A stretch of DNA of 64,000 nucleotides from Longimicrobiales bacterium (GCA_046483065.1 JAWODW010000103.1:13964-77963), one strand, 5' to 3'. Positions 20,292-30,807 are shown, counted from the stretch's first letter. Program-made: numbers and translations. Notes: generated by a model not told the origin, from the sequence alone.

Positions 20292-21004
20292 GGCTGCGCC
20301 TCCGGGTCGGAACCCGGCCCGGGGCTGGACGCCGGGCCGTGCTCGGGGAACGATGGGGCGGTCGGCCCGGGGCCGGCGCCGGGTGGCGGCGGCTCCTTCC
20401 CCGTCGGCCCGGTGGGCGGCACGGCGCCGGCGGAGAAGACGTAGGTGAACCCCTCCTCCACGGTCACGGGAAGTCGGATGATCCGGGCCGAGGGCACGAT
20501 GATCAGGAACCCCGTCACGGGGTTCGGCGCCGTGGGCAGGAAGATGGTGACGCCGTCCTCCACCCGGTCGTCGAGGGCCCGGGGCGCCTGGCCGGTCTCG
20601 AAGCCGAGGGTCCACTGGCCGGGCGACGGGTACTCGAAAAGGACCACGGAGCGGAAGAACCGCCGCTCCTCCCCCCCGAACACGCTGCCGGCAATCCGGC
20701 GGGTGGCGCTGTAGAGGCGACTGACCACGGGCACACGGTCGAGGGCCGCGTGCCACCAGTCCACGAGCTTGGACCCCACCGTGGCCTCGGTCACCCACCC
20801 GACGCCCAGGAGCAGGAGGACGAGGAGGATCAGCCCCAGGCCGGGCACGGTGAACCCGATGATGTCGTAGAGCGAGCGTCCGAGGATCCCGTCGAGGGTG
20901 GTGAAGAGCCACCAGAGGATGTAGGCGGTCACGCCCAGCGGCGCGATGACGATGAGCCCGGCAATGAGCCGGCGGCGGAAGACCTTCCCGAGCGCCGCGC
21001 TCAT
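20288..21004 (-). CDS. DUF502-family membrane protein
   Basis: Motifs LIAGLIVIAPL, RVPVVSRLY, VLFEYP and FLPTAPNPVTGF. ATG 21004 overlaps the ybeY stop. Confidence 0.88.
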   Translation of the reverse strand: MSAALGKVFRRRLIAGLIVIAPLGVTAYILWWLFTTLDGILGRSLYDIIGFTVPGLGLILLVLLLLGVGWVTEATVGSKLVDWWHAALDRVPVVSRLYSATRRIAGSVFGGEERRFFRSVVLFEYPSPGQWTLGFETGQAPRALDDRVEDGVTIFLPTAPNPVTGFLIIVPSARIIRLPVTVEEGFTYVFSAGAVPPTGPTGKEPPPPGAGPGPTAPSFPEHGPASSPGPGSDPEAQP

Positions 21005-21444
21005 GAGAGCGCCAATCCGGCCACGATCCGCTCCTGGTGCTGCCACATCTCTGACATCTCCCGATCGGTCTCCGGGTGCTCGAAGCCGAGGACGTGCAGG
21101 GTACCGTGCACGGCGAGGCGGGCCAACTCACGGCGGGGCGACTCGTCCTCTTCGACCGCCTGCGCCACCGCCCGGTCCACGCCCAGGTAGACATCCCCGA
21201 TCGGCGGCTCGCCGGGCTCGTGGAGCGCGAACGCCAGCACATCGGTGGGTGCGTCGCGTTCGAGCCACTCCCGATTCAAACCGGCCATGGCCTCATCATC
21301 GAGGAGCGTGAGCGACAGCTCGCCCTCCGCCACCCCCCGGTCCGCCAGCGCAGCCCGGGCGGCCCGCTCCACCACTTCGGCGCCATCGTCGATCCCGACG
21401 CTCACGGGATCGGCCACCCGGTTCACTCGCACCATGACGGGCAT
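21001..21444 (-). CDS. ybeY: rRNA maturation endoribonuclease YbeY
   Basis: Motifs LNREW, PTDVLAF, GDVYL and HGTLHVLGFEH. Confidence 0.95.
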   Translation of the reverse strand: MPVMVRVNRVADPVSVGIDDGAEVVERAARAALADRGVAEGELSLTLLDDEAMAGLNREWLERDAPTDVLAFALHEPGEPPIGDVYLGVDRAVAQAVEEDESPRRELARLAVHGTLHVLGFEHPETDREMSEMWQHQERIVAGLALS

Positions 21445-23714
21445 CAGACGGCCTCCGCCGGCACGTCCCTCCGGACGCCCTCAGTGTGACCCGGGGGGCG
21501 CTCACCCTCGGCCTCCGTCTCCTTGCTCGGCGGGTAGTCGATCCGCTGGTGGTACATCCCGGTGAGCACGTTGACGAACTGCGCCTTGATCAGCGACAGC
21601 TCTTCCAGCGTCACCGGCGTCTCGCCCAGCTGGCCGGCATCGATCTTCACCTGGACGATCCGATCCACCAGCTCCGTGATGCCCTCGGGTGTTGTGTCCG
21701 TGAGGACCCGGGCGGCGGATTCCACGGAGTCGGCCAGCATGACGATGGCCGTCTCCTTCGACTGGGGCCTGGGCCCCGGATAGGCGAAGTCGTCCGGATC
21801 CAGCTCGGCTTCGGGGTCCGCCTCCCGAGCCTGGTCGTAGAAGAAGCTGATGGACTGGGTTCCGTGGTGCTCGCGGATGAACGCCTTCACGCACTCCGGC
21901 AGGTTCGCCTCTTCCGCCAGCCTGATCCCTTCCAGCACGTGCTCCCGTACCCGCTCCGCCGACTTGGCCGGCTTCAGGTTGTCGTGGGGGTTCCGCCCCG
22001 ACGGTTGGTTCTCGATGAAGTAGTGGGGCCGGACGATCTTCCCCACGTCGTGGTAGTACACGCCCACCCGGGTCAACAGCGCGTTCGCCCCGATCCCGCC
22101 GGCGGCGGCCTCAGCCAGGTTCGCCACGTTGATGGAGTGGGCGTACGTCCCCGGCGCCTCGAGCGACAGCCGCCGCAGGAGCGGTCGGTTCACGTCCGCC
22201 AGCTCCAGGAGCGTCTGGTCCGTGGTGATCTTCGTGAATCCCTCGAACAGCGGCATGAAGCCCATGGCCGCGAAGGCGCTGGCTACGGCGTTCACGGCGC
22301 CCCAGGCGACGAACACGCCCATCTCCTCGATGGCCCACCCCCGGAGCAGACCCAGGATCAGCCCCACGGCCAGGTACGCGCCGGCGATCAGCGCGATGAA
22401 CCCCCACGCCTGGGCCCGGCGGCGCACCACCCGCACCGAGAGCGCCGCCACGGCGCCGGCCGCAACGAGTGTCAGGAGCGCCACGATCCCCAGGAAGGGT
22501 GTCTGCCCCGTGAGGAGGATCGCCAGGATCAGCGACAGGTTCAGCGCCAACCGACCGTCCCACAGGGTGGCGACCACCAGCGCCGGGAAGGCGATGGGGA
22601 TGAGCGCCACCAACGGAGCGTCGTAGGTGGCAATGACCGCCGCCACCGCCACCAGGGTGAGCACGAGGACGGTGATCACCCCCACGTGGCGCAGGTCGCG
22701 GTACACCTCCTCGTTACGGAAGAAGTAGAGGAGCACGCCGAAGAGGCCCAGGAGGAGCAGATTGAAGAGGAACCCGCCCAGCGCCCGGAGCCCTCCACGC
22801 CCTTCGACGGCATCACCCATGCGCTCGAGCTCCTGCCGGTAGGCCCGGAACCGCTCCACATCGGCCTCGGTGACCGGCTCCCTCGCCGGTACCACCCGCT
22901 GCCCTTCCTGGATCTCGGCTTTCAGCGGGTTTACCGCCGCCCGGCTCCGCTCCCGGACCCGCTCCGTGGTCTCCCAGTCCGGCTGGAGACTCGCCACCAT
23001 GAAGCGAACCAGGATCAGCCGCTGGAGCTGCTCGTAGCCCCGGGGCGCCGTGGTCGGGACGTGGAACCGGGATCGATCGTAGAAGTCGGTGTTGTCCCAC
23101 ACGCTGTCGGGGGGAACCGTGCGCTCCTGCTCGATGCCCGTGATCCGGATCCGCTGCGATCCGGCCTCCTCCAGGTCGCCGCTCATGGCCACGCCGCGGG
23201 GCAGCTCGTCGAGGATCACGCCCCGCACCGTTCGGCGGAGCCGGTCCCGGAGAGCCGGGTCCATGAGCAGGTCGATGTCGGCGGACGAAGGAGGGATGGC
23301 GTAGGCCGAGAGGAGGTCACGAACCCGGCGCCGGGCCGCGTCATCGTCTTCCACATCGGCAGCACTATCCACCCGGGTGAAGAACCGGTCCACGTCGGCG
23401 AGCATGGAGTCCACCGCCGTGGGGTCGTAGACGAAGATCGGATTGACGCTCGCGGCGGCGTCCCGTCGCTCCCGCTCCAGCTCCTCCTCCGACTTGTACA
23501 CCGGGAACGGGACCTCGGCGATGACGTCTTCTTCCAGGACCGTGCCCCGCTCCACCGGCGGGGCGTCGGGGAGAGGCGTAACGGGGAACAGCAGGCTCAC
23601 GACCCCGGCCAGCAGAAGGAGGACCATGACCCGGGCGCCGTGATGGATCACGCCATCGGGCCACGGGCGCTCCGGCGCCCGGTTCAGGATCCGAGTCAGG
23701 TCACCCCAGCTCAT
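21444..23714 (-). CDS. 7TM-HD phosphohydrolase (PgpH-like, HDIG)
   Basis: Extracellular domain plus a TM bundle, then EAPGTYAHS, YYHDVGK, EHHGT and YPGPRPQSKETAIVMLADS. It sits in the phoH-X-ybeY context. Start is 23714 or 23765. Confidence 0.9.
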   Translation of the reverse strand: MSWGDLTRILNRAPERPWPDGVIHHGARVMVLLLLAGVVSLLFPVTPLPDAPPVERGTVLEEDVIAEVPFPVYKSEEELERERRDAAASVNPIFVYDPTAVDSMLADVDRFFTRVDSAADVEDDDAARRRVRDLLSAYAIPPSSADIDLLMDPALRDRLRRTVRGVILDELPRGVAMSGDLEEAGSQRIRITGIEQERTVPPDSVWDNTDFYDRSRFHVPTTAPRGYEQLQRLILVRFMVASLQPDWETTERVRERSRAAVNPLKAEIQEGQRVVPAREPVTEADVERFRAYRQELERMGDAVEGRGGLRALGGFLFNLLLLGLFGVLLYFFRNEEVYRDLRHVGVITVLVLTLVAVAAVIATYDAPLVALIPIAFPALVVATLWDGRLALNLSLILAILLTGQTPFLGIVALLTLVAAGAVAALSVRVVRRRAQAWGFIALIAGAYLAVGLILGLLRGWAIEEMGVFVAWGAVNAVASAFAAMGFMPLFEGFTKITTDQTLLELADVNRPLLRRLSLEAPGTYAHSINVANLAEAAAGGIGANALLTRVGVYYHDVGKIVRPHYFIENQPSGRNPHDNLKPAKSAERVREHVLEGIRLAEEANLPECVKAFIREHHGTQSISFFYDQAREADPEAELDPDDFAYPGPRPQSKETAIVMLADSVESAARVLTDTTPEGITELVDRIVQVKIDAGQLGETPVTLEELSLIKAQFVNVLTGMYHQRIDYPPSKETEAEGERPPGHTEGVRRDVPAEAV

Positions 23715-23721
23715 GTGTCTC

Positions 23722-24759
23722 TCAGTCGGTCTCCGACGCTTCACCGCCGGCGGCGGCGTAGGCATCGATGATATCCTTCACCAGCCGGTGACGCACCACA
23801 TCCCTGGCTTCCAGGTAGGTGAAGTTGATCCCGTCGATCCCTTTGAGGATCGCCTCGACCTCCAAGAGCCCGGACTCGCCTTCCCGGACCAGGTCGATCT
23901 GGGTCTTGTCCCCGGTGATGACCGTACGGGAGTTCAACCCGAGACGTGTCAGGAACATCTTCATCTGGGCCCGGGTCGCGTTCTGGGCCTCGTCCAGGAT
24001 GACGAACGCGTCGGCCAGCGTGCGTCCCCGCATGTACGCCAGCGGCGCGATCTCGATGGTCCGGCTCTCGATATAGCGCCGCACCCGGTCCTGGGGGAGC
24101 ATATCCTCCAGGGCGTCATAGAGGGGCCGCAGGTACGGATCCACCTTCTCCTGCAGGTCGCCGGGCAGGAACCCCAGCGACTCTCCGGCTTCTACCGCCG
24201 GCCGGGCCAGGATGATGCGCTTCACCCGGTTCTTCAACAGGGCGTCCACCGCCATGGCCACTGCCAGGTACGTCTTCCCGGTCCCCGCCGGACCGATGGA
24301 GATGACGATGTCGTTCTTGACGATAGCCTCCAGGTACTCGGCCTGCCCCTCGGACCGGGGCTGGATCACCTTCCGGAGACCGGGCAGCAGGATCCGGAGG
24401 TCGTCGCGGCCGACGCCGCGCTCATCTTCGTGGCGTTCCACCTCGCCGGTGCCGGCCCCGCCGGCCGCGTCCGCCGCCTCATCTTCCTCGAGCCCCGCGT
24501 TGGCCGCCAGCCGACGTACGTCCTCGACCCCGAACGGCGTCTGGAGCCGGGCCATGTCGATGAGCTTCTGGGCCACAGGGATCGCGCGCTCCACATCGGC
24601 CAGCTCGCCAGACAGGATCAGGTAGTCTCCCCGGAGGATCACCCGGCACCCGGTCTGGCGGGCCAGCTCCTGGAGGTGTGCGTCGTTGACCCCCGCCAGG
24701 AGCAGATAGTCGGCGCCCTCACTGGGCAATCGGTGCTGGATCACGGTGGTTTCGTCCAT
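23722..24759 (-). CDS. phoH: PhoH-family ATPase
   Basis: Motifs [34 protein letters not shown] and DEAQN. Confidence 0.94.
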   Translation of the reverse strand: MDETTVIQHRLPSEGADYLLLAGVNDAHLQELARQTGCRVILRGDYLILSGELADVERAIPVAQKLIDMARLQTPFGVEDVRRLAANAGLEEDEAADAAGGAGTGEVERHEDERGVGRDDLRILLPGLRKVIQPRSEGQAEYLEAIVKNDIVISIGPAGTGKTYLAVAMAVDALLKNRVKRIILARPAVEAGESLGFLPGDLQEKVDPYLRPLYDALEDMLPQDRVRRYIESRTIEIAPLAYMRGRTLADAFVILDEAQNATRAQMKMFLTRLGLNSRTVITGDKTQIDLVREGESGLLEVEAILKGIDGINFTYLEARDVVRHRLVKDIIDAYAAAGGEASETD

Positions 24760-24766
24760 TCCCTTC

Positions 24767-26662
24767 CTACTCCCGCAGCCCGATGTGCAGCTCGGCGAGC
24801 TCCTCGGCCGAGACCGCCGAGGGCGCATCCTCGAACAGCGCCCGGGCGGCCGTGGTCTTCGGGAACGCGATGACGTCCCGGATGCTGGACACGTCCGTCA
24901 GCAGCATCACCAGCCGGTCCACGCCGAACGCGAACCCGCCGTGGGGCGGCACGCCGTACCTGAACGCCTCCAGCAGGAACCCGAACTTCCGCTCGGCTTC
25001 CTCTCCGTCGATGCCCAGCGCGCGGAAGACCCGCCGCTGGGTCTCTGGATCGTGGATCCGGATCGACCCGCTGGCCAGCTCGTGACCGTTGTATACCGCA
25101 TCATACGCCCGGGACCGGACAAAGGCATCGAACAGCGCCCGCCCCGAGGCCGCGTCCGCGGGACCATCGCCCACGTGCTCGGCGAGGATCTCCACGTCCT
25201 CGGGGTGCGGGGCCGTGAACGGGTGGTGGGCCGCCACCAGTCGCTCCGACTCCACGTCCCACTCGAACAGGGGGAAATCGACGATCCATGCCCACGCGTG
25301 GTCGTCGGGGCTGCGCAGCCCCAGCACATCCCCCAGGTGCCGTCGGAGCGCATCCAGCGCCGCCTCGGCACCGCGTACCAGCGGTGCGTCCGACGCGCCG
25401 CCGTGGCTCTCGCTCACGCGCGGACGGGCCCAGAACGACCCGATCACCGCCACGAACACGTCGCCCACCTCGATCCCCGTCGCCTCCTGCAGCCGGGCGC
25501 CGAGGTCCTCATCGAGGAAGCGGGCGAACTGTCCTGACCAGCCGTCGTCCGTCCGTTTCACCCAGAGACACCCCGGTGCACCGGCGGCCTGGGCCACATC
25601 GTTGAGCGCATCCAGATCCTTCCGGCTCAGAGCATCCGCGCCCCCCTTCGCCACCACGCCCTTGATCCGATCTCCGCTCTCCCGTGTGCCGGAGAAGAGC
25701 CGGAACTCGCTCTGCTGGAGCACTTCCGTCACGTCCATGAACTCCATGTCGAAGCGGAGGTCAGGCTTGTCGGTGCCGTACCGCTCCAGCGCGTCGGCGT
25801 ACGGGAGCCGCGGGAACGGTGTTTCCAGCTCCACCCCGAGGACCTCCTTCCACAGCGCCGCCATGGTCCCCTCGCCCACGTCGAGCACGTCCTCCTCGTC
25901 CACGAAACTCATCTCGGCGTCGATCTGGGTGAACTCGGGCTGCCGGTCCGCCCGCAAGTCCTCGTCCCGCAGGCACTTGGCGATCTGGAAGTAGCGGTCG
26001 AACCCGCTCACCATAAGGAGCTGCTTGTAGATCTGCGGACTCTGCGGCAGCGCGTAGAACTCGCCCGGATGCAGGCGACTCGGGACCAGGTAGTCCCGGG
26101 CACCTTCCGGTGTCCGCCGCGTCAGCATGGGCGTCTCGATCTCCCAGAAGCCCTCACCGGTCAGGTGGCGCCGCACGGTCTGCATGGCACGGTGCCGGAC
26201 GCCGAGCGCCTCCCGGAGCTGCGACCGCCGCAGGTCCAGGTACCGGTAGCGGAGCCGGAGCTCCTCCGACGGCTGTTCCTCGCCCGGGACCTGATAGACC
26301 GGGATCGGCGGCGTCTCGGCGGCGGCCAGGACCTCCAGCGTGGACACGTGCACCTCGATGGCACCCGTGGCCAGCTCATCGTTCTCCTGCCCCTCCGGCC
26401 GGCGCACCACCTCACCCTCGATGGCGATCACCGACTCGGCGCCGAGGTGCGATGCCCGCTCCACCGCCGCTTCATCGCTCCACTCCGGCCCTACGGAGAG
26501 CTGGACCAGCCCCGTCCGGTCCCGGAGGTCGATGAAGAGGAGTCCACCGAGGTCACGGCGACGGTGGACCCAGCCGGCGAGCCGGACGGTCTCCCCGGCA
26601 TCGTCGCCTCGGAGGGCTCCGGCGGCCGTGGTGCGGTAGTGGGTAGCAAGCTCCTGATTCAT
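24767..26662 (-). CDS. aspS: Aspartate--tRNA ligase
   Basis: Motifs [43 protein letters not shown] and [12 protein letters not shown]. Start ATG 26662. Confidence 0.97.
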   Translation of the reverse strand: MNQELATHYRTTAAGALRGDDAGETVRLAGWVHRRRDLGGLLFIDLRDRTGLVQLSVGPEWSDEAAVERASHLGAESVIAIEGEVVRRPEGQENDELATGAIEVHVSTLEVLAAAETPPIPVYQVPGEEQPSEELRLRYRYLDLRRSQLREALGVRHRAMQTVRRHLTGEGFWEIETPMLTRRTPEGARDYLVPSRLHPGEFYALPQSPQIYKQLLMVSGFDRYFQIAKCLRDEDLRADRQPEFTQIDAEMSFVDEEDVLDVGEGTMAALWKEVLGVELETPFPRLPYADALERYGTDKPDLRFDMEFMDVTEVLQQSEFRLFSGTRESGDRIKGVVAKGGADALSRKDLDALNDVAQAAGAPGCLWVKRTDDGWSGQFARFLDEDLGARLQEATGIEVGDVFVAVIGSFWARPRVSESHGGASDAPLVRGAEAALDALRRHLGDVLGLRSPDDHAWAWIVDFPLFEWDVESERLVAAHHPFTAPHPEDVEILAEHVGDGPADAASGRALFDAFVRSRAYDAVYNGHELASGSIRIHDPETQRRVFRALGIDGEEAERKFGFLLEAFRYGVPPHGGFAFGVDRLVMLLTDVSSIRDVIAFPKTTAARALFEDAPSAVSAEELAELHIGLRE

Positions 26663-27021
26663 GCGCGATCTATCTCCTTCTTCTCCGGCAGCAGGCGGGC
26701 CGTGCCCATGTAGAAGAGCCCGGCCCCCGCGGCATCGGCGATCCAGTCGAGAATGTCGGCCTGGCGCGTGGCCAGGGTCGATTGGTGCAGCTCGTCGGCC
26801 ATCCCCGTGAGCAGCACCGCAAGTAGCGCGACGAGCCCTGCCCGCCCCCCGCGGCGATGTCCCGTCCATGCAGCGATCGCACCACCGATGCCGTACAGAA
26901 CGAAGTGGGCCCCCTTGTCCCACCCGGTGGGAATGGATGCCGTGGAGAGCTGGAGCGTCCCCAGGGTGAGCACGACTGCCGCCCAGAGCCCCAGCGGCAG
27001 GTAGGCGAGGAGCCGCTTCAC
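26659..27021 (-). CDS. VanZ-family membrane protein
   Basis: Motifs DKGAHF, DELHQS and R.ADILDWIAD. GTG 27021 overlaps the upstream stop. Confidence 0.85.
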   Translation of the reverse strand: MKRLLAYLPLGLWAAVVLTLGTLQLSTASIPTGWDKGAHFVLYGIGGAIAAWTGHRRGGRAGLVALLAVLLTGMADELHQSTLATRQADILDWIADAAGAGLFYMGTARLLPEKKEIDRA

Positions 27022-27479
27022 CCGGCCTCGGCCTCGCGCAGCACCCGGAGGAAGGTCTCGCTGTTCTCGGCCTGCATCAACCGCTCCCGGACGGTGGGCC
27101 GGCGGACCATGTGTGAGATCCGGCTCAGCGCCTTGATGTGCGGCCCTGCGGCCGATTCGGGGCCCACCAGCAGGAAGACCAGGCGTACGGGCTCCTGGTC
27201 GAGCGCGTCGAAGTCCACGGGCTCGACGGTCACGCCGGCGGCCATGGAGAGTTCTCCGCACGCGTCACTCTTCCCGTGGGGGAGCGCCACGCCGTGCCCG
27301 ATGCCCGTGGAGAGGACCTGCTCCCGCTCCCGGACCACCCGCACTACGGCCTCAGGGTCCGCCACGCAACCGTCCTCCGCGAGCAGGTCCACGAGCTCGC
27401 GCAGCACATCCTCTTTGGTCGTTGCCTCGAGGGGCACCTTCACCCGCAATGAGGAAAGCAGTTCCGGTAGCAGGATCAC
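27018..27479 (-). CDS. PTS EIIA (Ntr/fructose-type) domain protein
   Basis: REREQVLSTGIGHGVALPHG (phospho-His), VDFDALD and HIKALSRIS. Confidence 0.92.
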   Translation of the reverse strand: MILLPELLSSLRVKVPLEATTKEDVLRELVDLLAEDGCVADPEAVVRVVREREQVLSTGIGHGVALPHGKSDACGELSMAAGVTVEPVDFDALDQEPVRLVFLLVGPESAAGPHIKALSRISHMVRRPTVRERLMQAENSETFLRVLREAEAG

Positions 27480-27676
27480 GACTCGTTCAGGAGGGTCAGT
27501 AGGCGTAACAATCGGCGTAAGTTAACCGTGGCCCATGACTGCGACAACCGACCGCTGCGGCCGCATTTCCCACCGTCGATCCGCCTTCCGAGCTGCCCTC
27601 CCGGCCCCCGGGCAGATGCCCGACCCGCGGAGCGGGGTTCACCTGGCCCGGTCTTCGCACTACGTTACGCCCGCCC

Positions 27677-28768
27677 ATGACCCATGAAGCCGAGTACCCC
27701 GACCTCATCGGCCTGGTCCCGGACCGGGCCCGCGACGCACTTCGCACCCATTTCGAGGCGCGAGGCGTTGCCTCGTACCGCGTGGACCAGACGCTGAGCT
27801 GGCTCTACGAGAAGGTGGCGCTGTCCACCGACGAGATCACCGAGCTGCCCACCGAGGAGCGGGCCGCGCTGGCCGAGGCGTTCACGTTCACATCGCCGGA
27901 CCCGGCCCGCGTGCAGGTCTCGGAGGACGGCACCGCCAAGCACCTCTGGCGCATGGCCGACGGTGAGCTGGTGGAGAGCGTCCTCATCCCCGCCGAGGAC
28001 CGCCTCACGCTGTGCATCTCGAGCCAGGCGGGGTGCGCCATGGGGTGCACCTTCTGCGCCACGGGGTGGTCGGGCTACCGGCGCAACCTGAGCGCCGGCG
28101 AGATCGTGGCCCAGTACCGGGGGGCGCGCAGGTGGGCCGAGGCCAACGACTACGGCCCCATCACGAACATCGTCTATATGGGGATGGGCGAGCCGCTCAT
28201 GAACCTCGGCCCCGTCATGGACTCCCTCACGCTTCTGAACCACGGGTACGACGTGGGCGCCCGACGGATCACCGTCTCTACCGTGGGGATCGTGCCCGGG
28301 ATCGACGCACTGGCCGAACGACCCGAGCAGTTCAAGCTGGCCCTCAGCCTCCACGCCCCCAGTCACCTCCTGCGGGAGAAGATCGTGCCGGTGGAGAAGA
28401 AGTACCCCATCGCCGACCTCATGGAGAGCCTGCGGCGGTTCGACGAGGCGGGCGGACGCCGGGTCACCTTCGAGTACATCATGATCGATGGCGTGAACGA
28501 CGACCCGGCGCTGGCCGACACCCTGGCGGGGCTGGCCGCGGAGGTCTGGGCTCACGTCAACCTGATCCCGTACAACCCCATCCCCGGGCCCGACTGGGGC
28601 CCCTCCCCGCCGGGCCGGATCCGGGCCTTCGCGAACCGCCTCGAGGAGCGGGGGATCAACACCACCATCCGGACGCCCCGGGGCCGCGACATCGCCGCCG
28701 CGTGCGGCCAGCTCCGGGCCGAGCACGAGACCTCGCCCCCGAAGCCCTTCGTCGAGCTGACCACGTAA
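27677..28768 (+). CDS. rlmN: 23S rRNA/tRNA C2-methyladenosine radical-SAM methyltransferase
   Basis: Motifs CISSQAGCAMGCTFC, MGMGEP, SLHAP, NLIPYN and DIAAACGQL. Confidence 0.96.
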   Translation: MTHEAEYPDLIGLVPDRARDALRTHFEARGVASYRVDQTLSWLYEKVALSTDEITELPTEERAALAEAFTFTSPDPARVQVSEDGTAKHLWRMADGELVESVLIPAEDRLTLCISSQAGCAMGCTFCATGWSGYRRNLSAGEIVAQYRGARRWAEANDYGPITNIVYMGMGEPLMNLGPVMDSLTLLNHGYDVGARRITVSTVGIVPGIDALAERPEQFKLALSLHAPSHLLREKIVPVEKKYPIADLMESLRRFDEAGGRRVTFEYIMIDGVNDDPALADTLAGLAAEVWAHVNLIPYNPIPGPDWGPSPPGRIRAFANRLEERGINTTIRTPRGRDIAAACGQLRAEHETSPPKPFVELTT

Positions 28769-28775
28769 CCCCAGG

Positions 28776-28928
28776 CCCTCTTCCTCTCCCTCTCCTTCGG
28801 CCTGTACCTCTCCGTCCACTTCGTACTTCGCCTTTTCCTCAGCCCGCCATCAACCAGGGAGAGGGACAGGTACGAAGCGGAGGTACAGGTACAGGTCGAG
28901 GTCGAGGGAGATAAAGAAGGAGAAGGGA
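28776..28928. repeat. Hexamer-period pyrimidine/purine pseudo-palindrome between convergent genes
   Basis: Left arm has CCTCT/CCTGTA/CTTCG units and right arm has AGGGAG/AGGTAC/AGGTCG units. CCTGTACCTC pairs with GAGGTACAGG and CTTCGTAC pairs with GTACGAAG. Confidence 0.7.
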
Positions 28929-28977
28929 TCGCGGCAGCCCCTGTACCGATACGTACCAGAACTTCCGATGCAGTAGA

Positions 28978-29601
28978 CTACCGCACGGCCTCCCGGAACC
29001 CTGCCGGCGGATTCCAGCCGCCGCGACGGATCGGGTCGCAGCCGAACTGAAGCCACGCCATCAGCGCCTCGCAGCTGCCCTCGATCCGGAACTCCACCCG
29101 CCGCACCCCCGGAAACTGGAACGCCGTGGCCTGGAGCTCGCCCAGAAGCATGAGCGCACCCGCCGACCCGACGGCGTTGGGGATCACGGGACGGAGGTCC
29201 TCGAAGTCGATCACGGCGAACCCGTCGGTCACTTCCACACCCCGCAGCATCCCCGCCGTCTCCCCGGAGAACCAGGAGTGGAGCCCCTCCGCCCGCTCCT
29301 CCGCAGTCGGCCCTGCCAGGAGCGCGGTGAACGCGGCCCGCAGCCCGTGGGCGGTGTCCGCCACTGTCCGGGGTACCGGGACCTGCTCCTCGTCGGGGGC
29401 GGTAAAATAGGCGTAGACGGTGTCGAATCCCGCCGAGTCGACCGCGGCTGCGGCCCCGCTCCCCGGGTCGGCATCGGGTGCCGGCCCACGATCACACGCG
29501 GCCACTCCGAGCGCGGCCGCGGCCAGGCCCAGGAGTGTGAGGGTGCCGGCCGCGCGGTGCGGTGGATCGGGCCGTGTCCCCGGCGTCGAGCGCGGTGTCA
29601 T
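28978..29601 (-). CDS. GerMN-domain lipoprotein
   Basis: Lipobox VAAC, then LLAGPT..E...GL.S, AVIDF and QFPGVRRVEF.IEG. Confidence 0.82.
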   Translation of the reverse strand: MTPRSTPGTRPDPPHRAAGTLTLLGLAAAALGVAACDRGPAPDADPGSGAAAAVDSAGFDTVYAYFTAPDEEQVPVPRTVADTAHGLRAAFTALLAGPTAEERAEGLHSWFSGETAGMLRGVEVTDGFAVIDFEDLRPVIPNAVGSAGALMLLGELQATAFQFPGVRRVEFRIEGSCEALMAWLQFGCDPIRRGGWNPPAGFREAVR

Positions 29602-30152
29602 CGGGCCCCATCCTCCCGGGCGGTGTCGGCCGGCGACGATTCCTCCGCTCCCACGGCCGCATCATCGCCATCCGTCTGCCCCACGAGCGCCCTCAGCTGG
29701 TCGAGCCAGCTCCGGTCGGGTGCGGACGCGGGCGGCCAGTCGCCGCCCAGGACCACGGTGACCTCGAGCATTCGGGAGGAGTCCACCGCGGTGGCCACCG
29801 AGTCGATCCCCAGAACGGCGGCCACTGCGCGGGCCCGGTCGGGTCGACCCACGCGGTCCACCACCACCGACCGCTCGTGGCGGAAGTGGTCGGCGTTGCC
29901 GAAGAAGACCACGTCGAAGCCGTCGCCCCGGAGCCGGTAAGTGGCGTCCCGCGCGAGCCCGGCTGTGCCGGCGCCGTTCAGGACCTCGATCCGGGCCTGC
30001 CGCGGGCCGTCCGCCGACGCGCCGAGCGCCCGCAGCCCCGTCCCGGCGGGCTCGTCGTCCCAGAGGCCGGCCACGGCCGACACGACGAACGCGCCCACGA
30101 GCCCCAGGCCGATGAAGAGGGCGGCGGAGACCAGGCGCCGGTCATCCGCCAT
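29598..30152 (-). CDS. LytR C-terminal domain protein
   Basis: N-terminal TM, IEVLNGAGTAGLA, GFDVV..GNA and VTVVLGGD. Confidence 0.85.
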   Translation of the reverse strand: MADDRRLVSAALFIGLGLVGAFVVSAVAGLWDDEPAGTGLRALGASADGPRQARIEVLNGAGTAGLARDATYRLRGDGFDVVFFGNADHFRHERSVVVDRVGRPDRARAVAAVLGIDSVATAVDSSRMLEVTVVLGGDWPPASAPDRSWLDQLRALVGQTDGDDAAVGAEESSPADTAREDGAR

Positions 30153-30729
30153 CGTCGTCTCCGGTCACCAGCTGGTTCCAGAAGGCCACGGTGGGGTCCC
30201 GCAGCGGGTGGGCGCCGTCCAGTGACCGGCGGATCCGGTCGGCGGTCACCTCCACCAGTACGGCGGCCATCTCGTCCGGAACCCGGGCCCGCAGGTCCGC
30301 CAGCCGCTCTGCGTCATGCGACCGTCCCGGCTCGGTATAGTCCGCCAGGTACAGCGCCCGACCCAGGCGGTCGAAATCGGGGTGCCCCAGCGTGTGCCAG
30401 GCGATGGCCGTGAGGAGCGGGGCGTCGTCTACGCCCGCCGCCGCCAGTCGGCCTGCGGCGGCGGGCCCGTGGAGGAGTCCGCCCGGCAGGTCCCGGACCG
30501 CCGCGGGCACCCGGGGCCGGAGCGTCTCGGGGTCGGCATCCCGGAGGGCGTCGTGGAGCATGGCCGCGGCGCGCCAGCGGCGGAGCTCGGCCTCGTCCAG
30601 GGCCCAGGCGCGGGCCCAACCCGTCATGACATCGGCCACCCGGACCATGTGGTCCCGGCGGCTCGGGGAGGCTTCGGCCCAGTCGGGCAGTCGGCCGGCG
30701 GCTGCGGCTTCGATCAAAGGATGCATCAC
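30142..30729 (-). CDS. yqeK: YqeK-like HD hydrolase (Ap4A hydrolase family)
   Basis: Motifs RRDH..RVA, AMLHD, LLHGPAAA, HTLG and LYLADYTEPGR. Confidence 0.8.
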   Translation of the reverse strand: MMHPLIEAAAAGRLPDWAEASPSRRDHMVRVADVMTGWARAWALDEAELRRWRAAAMLHDALRDADPETLRPRVPAAVRDLPGGLLHGPAAAGRLAAAGVDDAPLLTAIAWHTLGHPDFDRLGRALYLADYTEPGRSHDAERLADLRARVPDEMAAVLVEVTADRIRRSLDGAHPLRDPTVAFWNQLVTGDDDGG

Positions 30730-30761
30730 GCCGACGAAGGTAGGGCCTCCGGGTCGCTTAC

Positions 30762-30807
30762 GAAACGCGGGCGGCGGAGCCGGTATCCGTCGGCTCCGCC
30801 GCCCGCG
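30762..30807 (-). terminator. Intrinsic terminator after panD
   Basis: 17-18 bp GC stem CGCGGGCGGCGGAGCCG / CGGCTCCGCCGCCCGCG followed by TTT on the minus strand. Confidence 0.7.

Noticed and set aside
17095-23771. Long plus-strand ORFs 17095-19590, 18894-20444 and 21486-23771
   Set aside because: They are antisense to the ubiB-like, mgtE and 7TM-HD genes, which carry clear family motifs.
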